The notes below the pieces were generated by a model. It was not told the origin of the DNA. It was given only the letters and a program-made list of their open reading frames with translations, and ran no database searches. A stretch of 63,463 nt of DNA, counting the filler, from Intoshia linei (lineage: Eukaryota > Animalia > Orthonectida): assembly GCA_001642005.1 (NCBI GenBank). It is 9 parts of 9 records of this genome, joined end to end, with 100 filler letters (N's around TTAATTAATTAA, not from the genome) between each part and the next. Parts side by side here need not be neighbours in the genome. Positions count along the whole stretch, not along the records: positions 22,305 to 36,134 come from LWCA01000992.1; positions 36,235 to 37,625 come from LWCA01002640.1; positions 37,726 to 50,454 come from LWCA01001060.1; 6 more parts are not named here. One strand, 5' to 3'. This document shows positions 25,252-43,859 of this stretch, one piece after another. Numbering within the stretch: the stretch's first letter is position 1; each line of letters begins with the position of its first letter. A program made the translations under genes and the position numbers.

Positions 25252-26055
25252 ATGAAAAGTGAATCTGATCGAAAACAGCAAATTACAGAAAAATTTGTTC
25301 ATTTGATATCCAGTAAAATACCAAAATTTGTTGACATTTTTGATGAAAAGACTTTTTACATTTTTTCAATATGTCTATTACTAATAACGATAATTATAGC
25401 CTATATTGCTTCAAACAAAATTTTATTATACGACCACGCTCACGATGAAAAGCGCAAACGAGGAAAAGGTTTTTTTTATTACTATTGCAAAAAAAAATGC
25501 GAAAAGGATTTATACACTTATGAAAGTGAACCTGAGCCAGAAATTAAAAGATTTACATATTCAAACAAATGTTACATTTCATCAAACGTTCCAAAAATTA
25601 AAATTATAGATGGAAACCTTCCAAGAGTTTTGATAATTAAACCTCTTTTAGTAAATTCTGTAAAATATAACCATTTAGACAAGATTCGTAGGATTAACAA
25701 AGTAAGCAAATTTAAATGTTCAAAAAAAATGTATAAACCTAATCAACCTAAATTTTATAAATGCAAAGTTGACAATGTTGATAAATTTAACAAAATTGCA
25801 AAAATTAGATTTTTATCTTATCATAAAAAATTGTCGAAAAGACGAACAAAATTTTTTTTTATATTTTTATGCAAATATCAAAGATGCTTTATAAAAAATA
25901 TTTTGAAATATTATTTTCGCAAAAAACTACATTTCTCCAATTACAAAAATTTTCATTTGATGGACGTCATACGAACCATTTATTGCAAAGAATGTTCCAA
26001 TGATGACTGTTTACGTCATTCATCAATCAATCTCAAATTTATCAAACATTTTTAA
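25252..26055 (+). CDS. Hypothetical protein: N-terminal single TM segment (PKFVDIFDEKTFYIF...) plus Lys-rich C-region
   Basis: 267-codon ORF in very AT-rich DNA; TM helix FYIFSICLLLITIIIAYIA; exon structure uncertain. Confidence 0.55.
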   Translation: MKSESDRKQQITEKFVHLISSKIPKFVDIFDEKTFYIFSICLLLITIIIAYIASNKILLYDHAHDEKRKRGKGFFYYYCKKKCEKDLYTYESEPEPEIKRFTYSNKCYISSNVPKIKIIDGNLPRVLIIKPLLVNSVKYNHLDKIRRINKVSKFKCSKKMYKPNQPKFYKCKVDNVDKFNKIAKIRFLSYHKKLSKRRTKFFFIFLCKYQRCFIKNILKYYFRKKLHFSNYKNFHLMDVIRTIYCKECSNDDCLRHSSINLKFIKHF

Positions 26056-26691
26056 TGTAATTCAGTTTTACTCCATTCCACACCTCGAAAATTAACAAAT
26101 CTTTCTATATCGATGGTGCTACAAAAACAAATCTCCACCAAATTGGATTTATTGTATTATATTATTCTCAAGGGATAATACATTTTTAACTATTTTGTAT
26201 TTATTTCATTTTAGATTAATCTTAAACAAATATTTGATCCGTACATTAATATAATTAATATTAGTATAGTATAATTTCTTATTTTTCATTTCTTTTAACA
26301 TTTTAATCAATCAAAGTCGGAGTATCAGGTTTGTCAAGAATTAGAAATTTCAGTGGTTCTATGATTGAGACTAAACATATGAATTTAATTGTTGCTCAAT
26401 TTTTAATATGAAACATTACATCATTTTTGTTTGACAAAAAAGTGTTCATTATTCTAAATACAATTATATTATATTATTAATATTAATTATATTCTATATC
26501 CTTTACTTATATAGGCTGACCATATTTTTGTCGTACTAAAAGTAGTACTTTTGTTGCTTAGAAATAAAATATGTTTTTGATTAATTTTTGATTAGAAAAA
26601 TGAACATTTAAGTTAAATTTCAATTTATAAGTTTATATACTATGACAAAGTACGACTTTGGAACAGTGCCAAAAGTCGTACTTCTCGTCGA

Positions 26692-28341
26692 CCTAACTTA
26701 TATAAAAATGAATGTCTGTCTGCGTCTTTCGTTCTATGTTACCGTTTATTTAAATAATTGACAGTCGTAGAATTTACAAAAACACAATTTCTAGTACAGT
26801 TTTTCCCAGAGCGTGTGTATATCTATTTTTCAGTTTCCGAAATTGTTCCTTTTTTAAAAATAAATTCAGCCCAAAAATTTAATAAAACACATTCTGAGAC
26901 GTGTTTTAAAATCATTAACATTGTAATCAATTTCAGCCTCAGAAACGCATACCTTAATGGTGAAAACCACAAATTATAATTTGTTTTAAAAATGAAACAT
27001 GTCCTAGAATTTTATAAAAGATACATTTTGGGATAGTTTTTAAAATTATAAGCACTATAATAAATAATCATAATATCACTAATCATAAATGATAACCTCA
27101 AAAAAGATAATTTTAAAGATTAAAACCACAGATTATTTTTTTTATTAAAATGAAAACAGCCCTAGAATTTTAAAAAAAATTACAGATTATACAGTTATAC
27201 ATTGTCAACTGTTAACATAACACACATGAAAAATTTCAATCTGATTAAGTGACACCTTCATAATCAAAAAAGTACTTAAATATTAATTTTTGTTTTATTT
27301 CGAAACTATTTTATTAAAACCATAAATTTGAAATAATTAATTATCCTAAAATTAAAAAAAAAATTATCCTGATACAGATTAATCTAGTTGATATAAATAT
27401 AAAATTTCAACCCCAGAAATCTACGCATTCCTCTTAAAAAATAATTTTTAATATATTATCAACCAATATTTTTCGAATGTTGGATTAAAATTAAAAATAA
27501 AAAAGTAAATATTCATCCCACAATTTCAACTAAAAATGTGCATTTGAAAGTCTACACATTTCTAATAAAGAAATATTGGGGAAATGTATATAATTGATTC
27601 GTTTGGATTTATTCATTGCTACGTTATTTTCCATTCTCAAATACCATTTTCAAAACATTTAAAATAACTTTGTATAAAATCTAAGTACAAAACTACAACT
27701 TTGTTATTATCATTTTATATTTATTACAAATTGTAATTTACAATGCTTTTTAATATTGGTAAAATTTATCCTAATAATGTTTCTAAAGTACTGATTTGGT
27801 TAATTATTGATGCAAAATTGATATATATTTACTCATCGAAAGCAGATATTGAATATATAATATTTGATTATGTCATATTTAATTAAGGTCAATTGTTTTA
27901 AAATTCATTACAAAAACGTTAGCAAAATAAAACTAAGATGGAATAACTCACTTTAAATTTAAAGGTAATGTGATATGACGGGTCCATGTGAAACAAATTT
28001 GGGAATCACTCCTTTAACCATTTTATTGTCTGTAATTTATGTTTTAATTTAAACTTGTATAATCTTTAAATTACCTATGTGAAAATGTATGAAAATAAAA
28101 GAATAAAGTTTTTCAATATTATGCTGTGTATAGTATAGAATACAGACAGTGAAAGGGTTAAATATGTTGTGTCCACTTCAAAACTGTTTAATGATTTTTT
28201 GAACAAAATGAATGATAATAGTGAATAGTATTATTTTTAAATTATATTTTCTTATTGAATTGATTTTTTTGGTGGAATAAAAATGTCCGCCCTTGGCAGA
28301 GCTAGGTACTGTTTGTAAGTACTACATAACAGTCAGCCTAG
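26692..28341 (+). mobile_element. Near full-length non-autonomous Helitron
   Basis: 5' cctaacttatataa...tgtctgtctg; body similar to 17067-18551; 3' cgcccttggcagagctagg + hairpin + CTAG|t. Confidence 0.75.
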
Positions 28342-28738
28342 TACCTCATAAAGATATGTAGGTCTCAAAATTTGTTTCAAAATAAATAGGCTTTTCGTAA
28401 ACGAAATTTTTACGTTGATATTAAAAATTTTTCGCAAACAATTCGTAGCATCATATACCTAGCTACCTCTCAAAGATGCAGGATTAGATGAAAATAGTAG
28501 ATCCATGTATATATTAAAAAAAATTTATTTTTTCTATCCATTGATTAACTTTTTTCACCAGTGCCCTGCTGGAGCAAAATTTAGCCAATCATACGAAACT
28601 TTTTCCAACCACACCTATTCATTTAGAATAGTAGAACCGTGATGACCGCAACCCTTTCCATAATTAAGACTGCCAACAACACGTATTAAGAACCCATGTT
28701 CTATACAGATTCAAAATCAAATCGTTATTCGGTTATAC

Positions 28739-29049
28739 CAGTGCATTCCAACTCTTTTTGGTTGGCGAAACATATTTCAATCTCAAAAAATTTTGCGACA
28801 CACCAATCAAAAAAATAAGCAATTGATTAATAAATATAGTTGAACCAATTTTTTTCTAATAATAATCTTAAAATAAGCTATGTAAAATTGATTATCATCA
28901 CTAAAAATACCTTTGATTTGCCTTTTTACGTCTTCCAATTGTATATTGTGCTAATGGAATTAATAAGAAATTAAATAAAATTTTAAGTTTGGCGACACAT
29001 AAAAGTGTCACGAGTCATGACTCACGACACACCGGTTTTGAAAGCACTG
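28739..29049. mobile_element. hAT MITE with perfect 8-bp TSD
   Basis: TIRs cagtgcattccaa / ttgaaagcactg; GGTTATAC on both sides. Confidence 0.85.
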
Positions 29050-29121
29050 GGTTATACTATAGTATAACAGTTATACAATGCACTGTACGTAAAATTTTAA
29101 ATCATTTTCATCAATCTAAAG

Positions 29122-29891
29122 CAGTGCTTCTAAAACTTTTTTGAGCATTCATATCCTGTGAGTCACAGGCTGTGACACATATTTTTTTGTCTATTCACCC
29201 TCAATAAAACAATTATTATGACATGTCATAGTTGTGTAGAAATACACAATTTGCACTTATAAAATGTACTGAATTAATTAAATTTGAGTACACATGACGT
29301 CTTCACGTGATCACATCATTTTAAATTTTTCATAGTTTGATTCAGGAATAAATAATGCATGGTATTTTCAATATTTTCATAAGAGTAAACACGTTTAAAT
29401 CTACGTTGTAGATATCACTATAATTCAGAAATAAAAAAAATATAGTAATTGTGATTGCCGTAATTTATTTATTGATAAGAATATGTATTTATGTATGAAA
29501 GAGTTAAGTCAATTTTGTACACGAAACATCTAAATTTGGTCTTCTCTTTTGGAATTAGATAAAGAGATTTCTATATAAAATTTTGATAAAATTGGATTTT
29601 TCAAAAAAATATTGGTAAAAAGGGATTATTTCCTTAAGGGTTGGTAAAATTGGGTTTTTTCTTTTGGGATCTGATAGATTGATTTTTCAAAAAAAATATT
29701 GGTAAAAATGGATTTTTTCCTTAAGGGTTGGTAAAATTTTAGTTTTTTCACATATTTGACTAAATTGAATAAAATATGTTAAAAATTTATCATTCACCCC
29801 TATTCACCCACAATCATCTAAAATTTTAGTATTCACCCCCTCATAAAACTATTCACTCCTTGTGGTGCACAGTCACCCAAGAGAAACACTG
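29122..29891. mobile_element. hAT MITE with perfect TSD and an internal ~29-nt array
   Basis: TIRs cagtgcttct / agaaacactg; ATCTAAAG on both sides; short 103-bp version at 39364-39466. Confidence 0.85.
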
Positions 29892-30260
29892 ATCTAAAGC
29901 ATGTATTTAACCTTATTTCATTTAAATTAGTTAACTAATAATTTAATCAGACATGTTAACCTTTGATAATTTTTAAGAGCAAATCATCATTTTTGATGGA
30001 TTATTGTCATTTATATAGGGCAATTTAATCAAATGACTAAACTTATAAAACTCTAATATAATCACGTAGAAAGTTGATAATTATTAACATTTTTTATGAA
30101 ATAAACGTAATTAATTACATTCATAATTAATTCACGTCAATAGACATTTTTATATTTGGGCACAAAATATAAAACAAAAGTAATCTGTTGAACATTATAT
30201 TTGGGTATATGAACATTTAATTCAAATTCGTAAATAATAGATTAACAATGATTTAATTAA

Positions 30261-35377
<5,117 letters not shown>

Positions 35378-37725
35378 CTAAAATATAAATAATTGAATAA
35401 TTATTATATAATATAAATTGGTCTGAATTGCAAACTCTATATATGCGTATTAAAAAAATTATAATTGTATTAATAAATTACTAGTAATGCACTATATTAT
35501 AGTAGTATATATAGTACTATATTACTGTAGTCAACACTATAAAATATTTTTTTATAATATTGCTTATATCTGGTGTAGTTGTTTCTCACGATTCTAATGA
35601 TATTAACCTCAGAAAATGTTTACGTCAGATAAGGGCAAAAATTACAATTAAACATTTTTAAATACTAAAAAACATTGATATTTATCATAATAATTTATTA
35701 TACTTTATACAAATATTAATGCATTAATACATTAAACATTAGTTAATTAATAATTTTAATTTTTTAAACGGTATCTACAATGGTAAATATTACAATGTTT
35801 ATTAATTACTGATAATTTTAATTGTAAACATTATAATGTGCATAATTGTACAGTGCATATTAAGCAGGGTCTTGTAGAGTCAATAGTGGACGCGGATAGA
35901 TAAAATTTTAGACCCTAAAATGTAGATCCTATATACAAATATTTGTACTGAAATATATTATCATATTAAAAGTGACAAAATATATTTTTATCATTTTATT
36001 TTTTCTCGAATTGATGCTATTTATGAAAATTTTTAGGATTAAACTATTTTTAGTTTATTTTTAATAACATAACAGTCAAGCTATTAGGTCGTTTTTATTG
36101 TAACTTTATTATAAATCATTATATCTTTACGAATNNNNNNNNNNNNNNNNNNNNNNNNNNNNNNNNNNNNNNNNNNNNTTAATTAATTAANNNNNNNNNN
36201 NNNNNNNNNNNNNNNNNNNNNNNNNNNNNNNNNNATGAGCTGTTATTTTTAATTTTTAGACAATAAAGGACAATTTTAAAAAATTAACGAAGATAGACAA
36301 ACAAAAATATATAGTAAAGAATATATTTTATTTATATACAATTTATGCAGGAATATTTTTTAATGTGTACCCAAGTTTTTCTGATCTTAAACTTTATATA
36401 TAAGTATAACATTTAGTGCATAACTAGATATAATTAAAATAGTAATAATCAATTTTTTTTAGAAAACTAGTGATCAATATAATAATTAACAATATTATTG
36501 AATAAACATTTTAATGTCTTTTTATCACATTTTTGTGAATTAATGTCGTTATTTTGGTCTATTATGGTGATGCCCTGCATTTTTTAGACCAGAGTCACCT
36601 TCTATAAAAAAAATTTGTGGAATAATTTTAATTTATCGTCTACAAAAATCACTTAAAGCTTAAATTGAATTAGATTAAGTTAAATAGAATTAAATTTACA
36701 ATCCTAACTTATCAAATCTTTGTTTGACTATCTGTCTATTATCGTTTATTTTAATAACTAAGAGTGATTATTTTAAAAATGCCAAATTCTATTACAATTT
36801 TTTCCGGGTGAAAGATAGATTTTAATATCAGAAATTAAGTTTTTTCAGGTCAAAAATTCCAATTGTTTTTTTTTTAAATTTAAATTAGTATTACAATTAC
36901 AGAAGTCCATCAAATTAAAATGACGCATAATTACGAAAATTGTAGTTAAATGTAAATGAAAACTGTTGTAAAATTATCCACAAAGTAGAAGTGACTGGAA
37001 GTGACACCAATGTCAGTTTGTATTCAGTGGCGTAGCGTCATAGAGTACAAGGTGTTCGCCAAACACCCTAGACAATTTAAAATTTAAAAAAGTTATATTT
37101 AATAAATAACATTATTTGTATAATTTAAGTTCGATATCACATTATGGTTTATAATTGATATTTATACAAAATGTCAATAATGAATTATCTGTTAAAATCT
37201 ATGAAAACATTAAAAACTTAAGTACAAAATTTTAAACTTATAAATTATAAAGTATTATGAGTCATAATAAATTTTAATTAGAATAAATTTGTACATCGTA
37301 AAAATTGGATAAATATTTTCTATATAGATTTAAATTTTAAAATTATATTCAAGATGTCTTGAAAATAAAATGAACAACTTACACTTTGATATAGATTTAG
37401 ACTTTAATTTAAATACAGTATTCTATTTGTAATTAATCAAAAATTTTATTTATAAAAATAAAACAAATTAAATTCATATTAAATACAATTTATATTTCAA
37501 GAATAATTTATAAAAGTTGTTTTTAAATTTTATGTATTCGCGACATTTTATGAACATTTCTTTATATTAAGGTAATAATTTTAACTTTATTTTAAAATGT
37601 TATGTTACCAAGGAACCAATACCAANNNNNNNNNNNNNNNNNNNNNNNNNNNNNNNNNNNNNNNNNNNNTTAATTAATTAANNNNNNNNNNNNNNNNNNN
37701 NNNNNNNNNNNNNNNNNNNNNNNNN

Positions 37726-38150
37726 TTAACGAGTTATCATCATTAATTATAGATCTTAATTCGTTTTCCGTAACATTATTTTTTACATTTTTACATTACA
37801 TTTTTCTTTTCTTCCCTTTTTCCTATTAATAATATTGAAATTTATATAATTTTAAAATGTACATGTATGTATTTTATATGTCACTGTATGAACAATTGGT
37901 AGAATTATCTTTAATTTTAACAATCGTTTTTCGAATGCAGTCTTTTGATAGATTGGTGAGTTCTGATAGTTCGTTAGTATTTTTCGTTTTATATAGTCTT
38001 TTAATTGTTTCAAATGTATTTTTATCTACCACTTTTCTAATTTTTCTAATATTTTCATGCATAATATTGATAACACAATTAACTTTATCAAATAAACTTA
38101 AACTTTCTTTTATGAATCATTATAAAAAATCATTATATAATCATTTATAA
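37726..38150 (-). pseudogene. Probable Tc1-like transposase N-terminal (HTH) remnant
   Basis: ETIKRLYKTKNTNELSELTNLSKDCIRKTI and RKKGRRKK...ELRSIINDDNSL fragments, running into a gap. Confidence 0.4.
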
Positions 38151-38291
38151 ATTATAAAATCATTGCAACATGAAAAATGAAATAATATTTGAAAAAGTAT
38201 TGTTCAAAATAATGTACTTCAGTATTTTTTAAAAAAGTTTTATATTTATAATAACAAAATTTAAATTCATGACAAACTCTGTATAATTATA

Positions 38292-38415
38292 TATGGCATC
38301 GCAAAATAAAAAACTGGACTTTGATTTAATATACAAATATTCAAATGATTCAAAGAAACCGACTAAATTGGTTTGTATTTATTTTAACTTCCTAAACGTA
38401 AAGTATCTTGAATGT
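38292..38415 (+). repeat. Duplicated RFC1 exon+intron fragment (copy of 41067-41190)
   Basis: 124 nt with 3 mismatches to 41067-41190; includes the donor and intron start; followed by a hAT end caggcattctcaacc. Confidence 0.92.
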
Positions 38416-38796
38416 ATACCAGGCATTCTCAACCTTTTTTTGCTGTGGACCCCAAAAAAATTAAAAATAATGGAGTACTCTATTTTTGCGATATGATAAA
38501 CTTAATGCATTATTAATATTAACCTTTAACCCGTCAATGTTCCCAAAATGGAACATGTTTTTTAGGTATTGTTTACAGTACATTATTAATTGTTTACCAC
38601 TTATCAATAAAAAGTCTATATTATCTATTTTTTCTTTGAAGAACTGATATTTTATATCATTATTTTGGAAATATTATTTTTTTATACTTGATCACTATTG
38701 TACCTAAGGATGTTCAAAAATATAATTTTTCATTTTTTTTGAGACACCTTAATGTATATGTTTCGAGTTTATTGTTTTACTTTACTTGTAAATTAG

Positions 38797-41700
38797 GTTA
38801 AACTATTAAAAATTTCAACTCTCAACGAAGATCAATTGGTGGATTTGATTGAAAAAATTAACCCTGTGTCAACTCAACATAACGTACATATTTATAAACA
38901 AAAATAATTATATATTTTCAATTTAATAAAATTGTATTTTTCAACATCATAATCTTATTGTGTCAATTTTTAACTGTCACGTGTTATTATCAGAATAAAA
39001 AGGAAGTAATTTTTTTATTACTCCATTCCTGAGCAGAAACTACCATATAAACTAACTACGATACCTCTTCTGGCTTAATTAAATGCTTACTTTGGAAAAA
39101 TGAGGCCCCTCTTACAAAAATTTCATCGAACCCTCCCAAAAAGGTTCTCGATACGATAGGTTCGACATTTTTGAGATTTAAAAATTAATTATTTTGCTAA
39201 TTTTGCAAGGAAATAATCATATAATATTTATGTGCTTAAAATATTAGTTAAAATTTAACTTAAAATGTTTTTATAAATTACTAAAAATGTGTCTTTAATC
39301 AATATTTACATTTATGTTTTAAAACGAACATTCATTAGTTTTAGGTAATAAATTCGTGTATATCAGTGCTTCTCAAACTTTTTTGAGCATTCACCCCCAA
39401 TAAAACAATTATTATGATAAAAATATTCACCCCTTGGGGTGCACAGTCACTTCATAAGAAGGACTGGTATATATAATCGTTTTAACAGACAGTGCCGAAC
39501 CTACCGCATCCGATACCTCTTCGTGCGGATCGACGAACTTTTTATGAAATGGGTCTCATTTTTCCAAATTGAGCTTTAAAAAATTATATTCTTGAGTATC
39601 AACTATTTTATTTGTTAAATTAAAAATATCAACTCAAAAGCCTTACTAAAGGTACATGTAGTTGGTTAGGGCTATGACACTACAATTTGTTTGCGAAAAT
39701 TTTTTATTTTATGGAATGATTCGGCTCTGGTAACAGACACCAAACATTATTTATCAGTATTTCTAAAAAAATTTATTTTCTAACTAATTTGTCCAATAAA
39801 CTTTTTTTCATTTTTTGGGGACCATTCATTTTTCAGTTTTTTAATTCAACCGTTAAGCTTAAGTTCTATTGCACGTTTACATGTATTTAGGATAATTTTT
39901 TCTTTTTTGATTGCAAAAATGATTATAAAAAAAACTTTGTAAAGTTATGTTAAAATAATTAACTTACACCATAAACCAACTTTTAATAATTATCTAATTA
40001 TTAATCAATTATCTCAAAATAAAAGAATTTTGCGTTAGTAGGGAAATACAACTCACAAAAATGAATTTTTTAGTTCTCAGTGACAAATATAATTGAGTTA
40101 CAATTGAAATTTAGTCGCCCGTAATGAATGTCATTAACGTTAAAGAAAATAATCCAATTAAAAGAAAATCAACGATAAAACAAATTCCAGCTAAAAAACC
40201 CAAAATTGAAGAATCAACTGACACTACAACAAATATTTTATGGACCGACAAGTATAGACCAACAAAAATGAACAAACTGGTCGGGCAACATGGCCCTAAA
40301 AGTGCTGCAAATCAACTTTCAGAATGGTTGGGGCAATGGAGGGACCAAGACACTAATGGTATTGATTTTATTTTCATTTTATTAAACTTTAGATATCCCT
40401 GGTGCTGCTTTGTTGTCTGGTTTGCCGGGTCTAGGAAAAACTACCAGTGCTTTAATTGTATCAAAAGTAATTCATTTTAAATTAAATTAAATGTAAATTT
40501 TTTTTATTTTTAAATTAAGGAAATGGGCTTTTCTCCAATTGAATTAAATGCATCTGACAAGAGATCCAAGAAAATGTTGGAAAGCGGATTAGCTGTGTCT
40601 ATATCAAATAAAACAATTACTTCGTTTTTTAAGAAAAAAGAAAAACGACAAGAATTGGACAAAAACGCAATAATTATAATGGACGAAGTGGACGGTATGG
40701 CTGGCAATGAGGATAGAGGAGGAGTAAGCCTCTTGATTGATTTGATTAAAAAAACGACGATACCCATTATTTGCATTTGTAACGATGCTAGCCTACCTAA
40801 AATGAGATCATTATCAAAATATTGTTTACATCTCAAATTCAATAGATATCGAGTAGAGCAAATTAAAGTATGTTTTATTTAATTTTAATTTCAAATGCAT
40901 AGGCACATCTCATGTCCATTTGCTTCAAGGAAAATGTTTCTGTCGAGTCTAATGCTTTGACTAATATGATTGAAAAGTCAGATAGGGACATTAGACAGGT
41001 TTATTAATTTTATATCTTTTTTGACTTTTCAAATTTAACAATTTAGTGTATAAATAATTTACAAATTATGGCATCGCAAAATAAAAAACTGGACTTTGAT
41101 TTAATGTACAAATATTCAAATGATTCAAAGAAACCGACTAAATTGGTTTGTATTTATTTTAACCCCCTAAACGTAAAGTATCTTGAATGTTTATAAAGTA
41201 AAGATGTATCAGTTTCGATTATACACTTGAATTTTGGTTGCGCACGGTCGAGAAAGACTGCATTACTCTGTACTAATTAAAACCAACCATTTTTACTAAA
41301 AATGAAAATTTATCAACACTAAAAGGAAAAATCCAGTTATACTAACCCTAAAAGGAAAAATTCGGTTTTAAAAACCTTTTAGAGAAAATTTCAGTTTTAC
41401 CAACCCCAAAAGGAAAATTTTAGTTTTTTCAACATTTAAGGGGAAAATCCAGTTTTACAGAATTGCGGAGTATCCCATAAAAACTCAATATCACAAACAA
41501 AACAAAATGAAGTACTCAAATAGAAAGATTAGGGATAAACAAGTTATCTCGGAAGCATCAGATTCAATCAAAGTTTTCACGTGAAACCAACAGTTAACCC
41601 ATATGGTGGAACTACCAAGGATTTCCATAGTTTTTTCAGCCCTTCAAGCGCTGTTTGCATTTTCTTTTTCACATGAAGGTTGGTAAAAGTGGGTATCCCA

Positions 41701-43004
41701 TAAGGGTTGGTAAAATTGGGATATTTTCTTAGGGGTTTGTAAAAGTGGATTTTTAGTAAAAATGATTGAGTTTAAGAATATTTCCTAATTAAATATAAAA
41801 TTTTCTGTGGACCCTACGGGTCCTCAGGACCTTATTAAAAATTCCTAAAATAAAGAGTATAATAATTTCCTAGAATGCATTTGATATTGCAAGATATTAT
41901 ATTACACCAATGGGATCAAATGCAAACTCGATAAAAATAAAACTTGAACATTTTTTCAATGAATACGATGTAGTTCCTTTAATGGTCCAAGAGAATTATA
42001 TTAAAGTGATTTCGTCGAATAGGTAATTAAAAAGCTTAAAAAATATTAAAAAATTCTAGATCAATGTCTAAATTAGAAGCATTGTCTAAAGCGGCTAATT
42101 CCATGGCTGTGGGTGACATGATATTTAATCAGATTAGATCAATGAACCGATGGAATCTTTTACCAGAATATGTAAAACATTATTATAATTTGCACATGCA
42201 TTATTGAAATTGTAAATAGGGCTTTGCTGGAGCTTACTACCCGGGAGAATTGATTAGAGGACAATTGGGATTTATGGATTTAAGGTTCCCTCAATGGTTT
42301 GGAAAGAATTCGTCCCGCAATAAAAATATGCGACTTATTCAGCAAATTATTAAACATTCTTGTCTGAAGTAAATTTTTAATTCGTATTATAAATTTTTAG
42401 TTGCAATGTGGAAAATTCACTTTTACGGAACCCTAGCTCAATAAACATTATAATCCGACCTTAACTTGATTGATATAAAAAAATTTGGTTAAATTGGATT
42501 GTTCCCTTTTGGTTTAGTTAAAACCAGTTTTCTTAGACTGGTTAAAGTGGATTATTAATTAGATTCATAAAATATTATTATTATTTCACATAAATTTAGA
42601 TGCGACTCTTTTACTATATCTTCATCACCAGATTCATTGTTTTACTACTATTTAATTATAAAAAAATGCTTAAACAATGATTTTGAAGAATTTTTTAATT
42701 TTATGCAAGAATATGCATTTTCTCGTGAAGATGTCGAAACAATTTTGGATATTGCTAGTATCACAAGCTCATTTAAAATGGACACCAAAGTAAATTTTTT
42801 TTAATACTAAATAAGTAATTTAACGTTTTAATTAATATTTAGACTAAAAGAACATTAACAAAAAAATTAAAATCCGTATCCAGAAATTTACCATATTCTA
42901 CTAGTGAGGATGTTAAAAAATCGAAAAAAACTAAACTTGTGAAAAGTGAACCAGAAACTGAAAGTGAACCAGAATCCGAAGATACTGAATATGATGAATA
43001 TTGA
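38797..43004 (+). CDS. RFC1: Replication factor C subunit 1 (5' end missing)
   Basis: Exons 38797-38883 (BRCT end, LNEDQLVDLI), 40115-40358 (LWTDKYRP), 40393-40466 (Walker A GLPGLGKTT), 40520-40867 (ELNASDKRSK, IIMDEVDGMAGNEDRGG), 40903-40998, 41047-41145, 41874-42022 (PLMVQENY), 42060-42171, 42220-42368 (FPQWFGKNS), 42600-42789, 42843-43004. Confidence 0.95.
39364..39466. mobile_element. 103-bp hAT MITE (internal deletion derivative of 29122-29891)
   Basis: Same termini; flanks gtgtatat / gtatatat. Confidence 0.75.
39490..39729 (+). mobile_element. hAT-like MITE
   Basis: cagtgccgaa...ttcggctctg; flanks ttaacaga / gtaacaga (7/8 TSD). Confidence 0.75.
41280..41773. mobile_element. Foldback-like element with arms made of ~29-nt tandem units, in an RFC1 intron
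   Basis: Outer inverted repeat aaaccaaccatttttactaaaaa / tttttagtaaaaatgattgagttt; left arm has units like aaaggaaaaatccagttttaccaacc, right arm their reverse complement. Confidence 0.65.
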
Positions 43005-43095
43005 TCAAATATTTTTATAAATAAATTTATATTGTAATTTTTATGACATTTTTTACAAAATTTAAATTTAGGATTCATATTTCACATTATTACGA

Positions 43096-43705
43096 TTATG
43101 ACCTTGTGGTTCTGTTCATTGGTGTATAATTTAGTAATTTTTCTATTAAATCAACGTGAGATAAAAGCATTCGCCGACAACAGTATCTTTTTAAACCCAA
43201 AGCGTCGAGAGCGTCACTAAATATATAATTTTATTTATCGTGGACATTTTTTTAATTTTTGGGTTTATGTAAAGTGACCAGAAAAAATAGACTATCAATT
43301 TTAGTTTATTTGGTGATAAATGTAAAGCCAAAACTACTTATCTATGATCACAAATAATAATTTTCGGCTTAAAATTTATTCCAATAAACTAAAAGTGATA
43401 GCACGTATTTTCTGACCACTTTAGTTAAGGATCCCTTAAATTCATTATAGTTATTTTCAAAATTTCACGCTTAACTGACATTTATACTTTGACTGCTGAA
43501 CTAATCCAATAGTTTTAAAAATTGTTGTAATTACTTGTTCCCCTTTAGTTATGAAAGTATAATCTTAATTTTTATCTTAAAAAAATGGTTATAATAAAAA
43601 AATAAATTACCCTTCTGTGTACTCTGCTTGTAATAAATCTAGGTATGGATCCCATTTATTTCCAATGAGTTTCCCACAAGTAAAGCAACGTACCGGTAAA
43701 ATCAT
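43096..43705 (-). CDS. POLR2L: DNA-directed RNA polymerases I/II/III subunit RPABC5 (RPB10)
   Basis: Exons 43611-43705 ([18 protein letters not shown]...YTEG) and 43096-43216 ([30 protein letters not shown]). Confidence 0.98.
43271..43421. mobile_element. Palindromic MITE in the RPB10 intron
   Basis: ~40-nt TIRs aaagtgaccagaaaaaatagactatcaattttagtttatt / aataaactaaaagtgatagcacgtattttctgaccacttt; related copies at 2106-2225 and ~47450-47500. Confidence 0.7.
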
Positions 43706-43859
43706 TGATAAATTTAATTTTAAATAAATTAATTTTTAAATTGAATATTTTAGTTGCTATATAATCATAAAACATTTATCGAATAAATCTCGTCTTGGTA
43801 ATAAAAGAAAATGACAAGTTTGTGAATAATAATTCAATAAATTTAATTTTACAAAAATC

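Noticed and set aside
29560-29750. ~29-nt periodic repeats suggesting a CRISPR array
   Set aside because: No unique spacers, units are degenerate and contiguous, no cas genes, eukaryotic TE context.
38797-40360. RFC1 seeming to start at 40124 without a BRCT domain
   Set aside because: An upstream exon at 38797-38883 encodes the BRCT C-terminal helix, so the N-terminus is probably in a gap.
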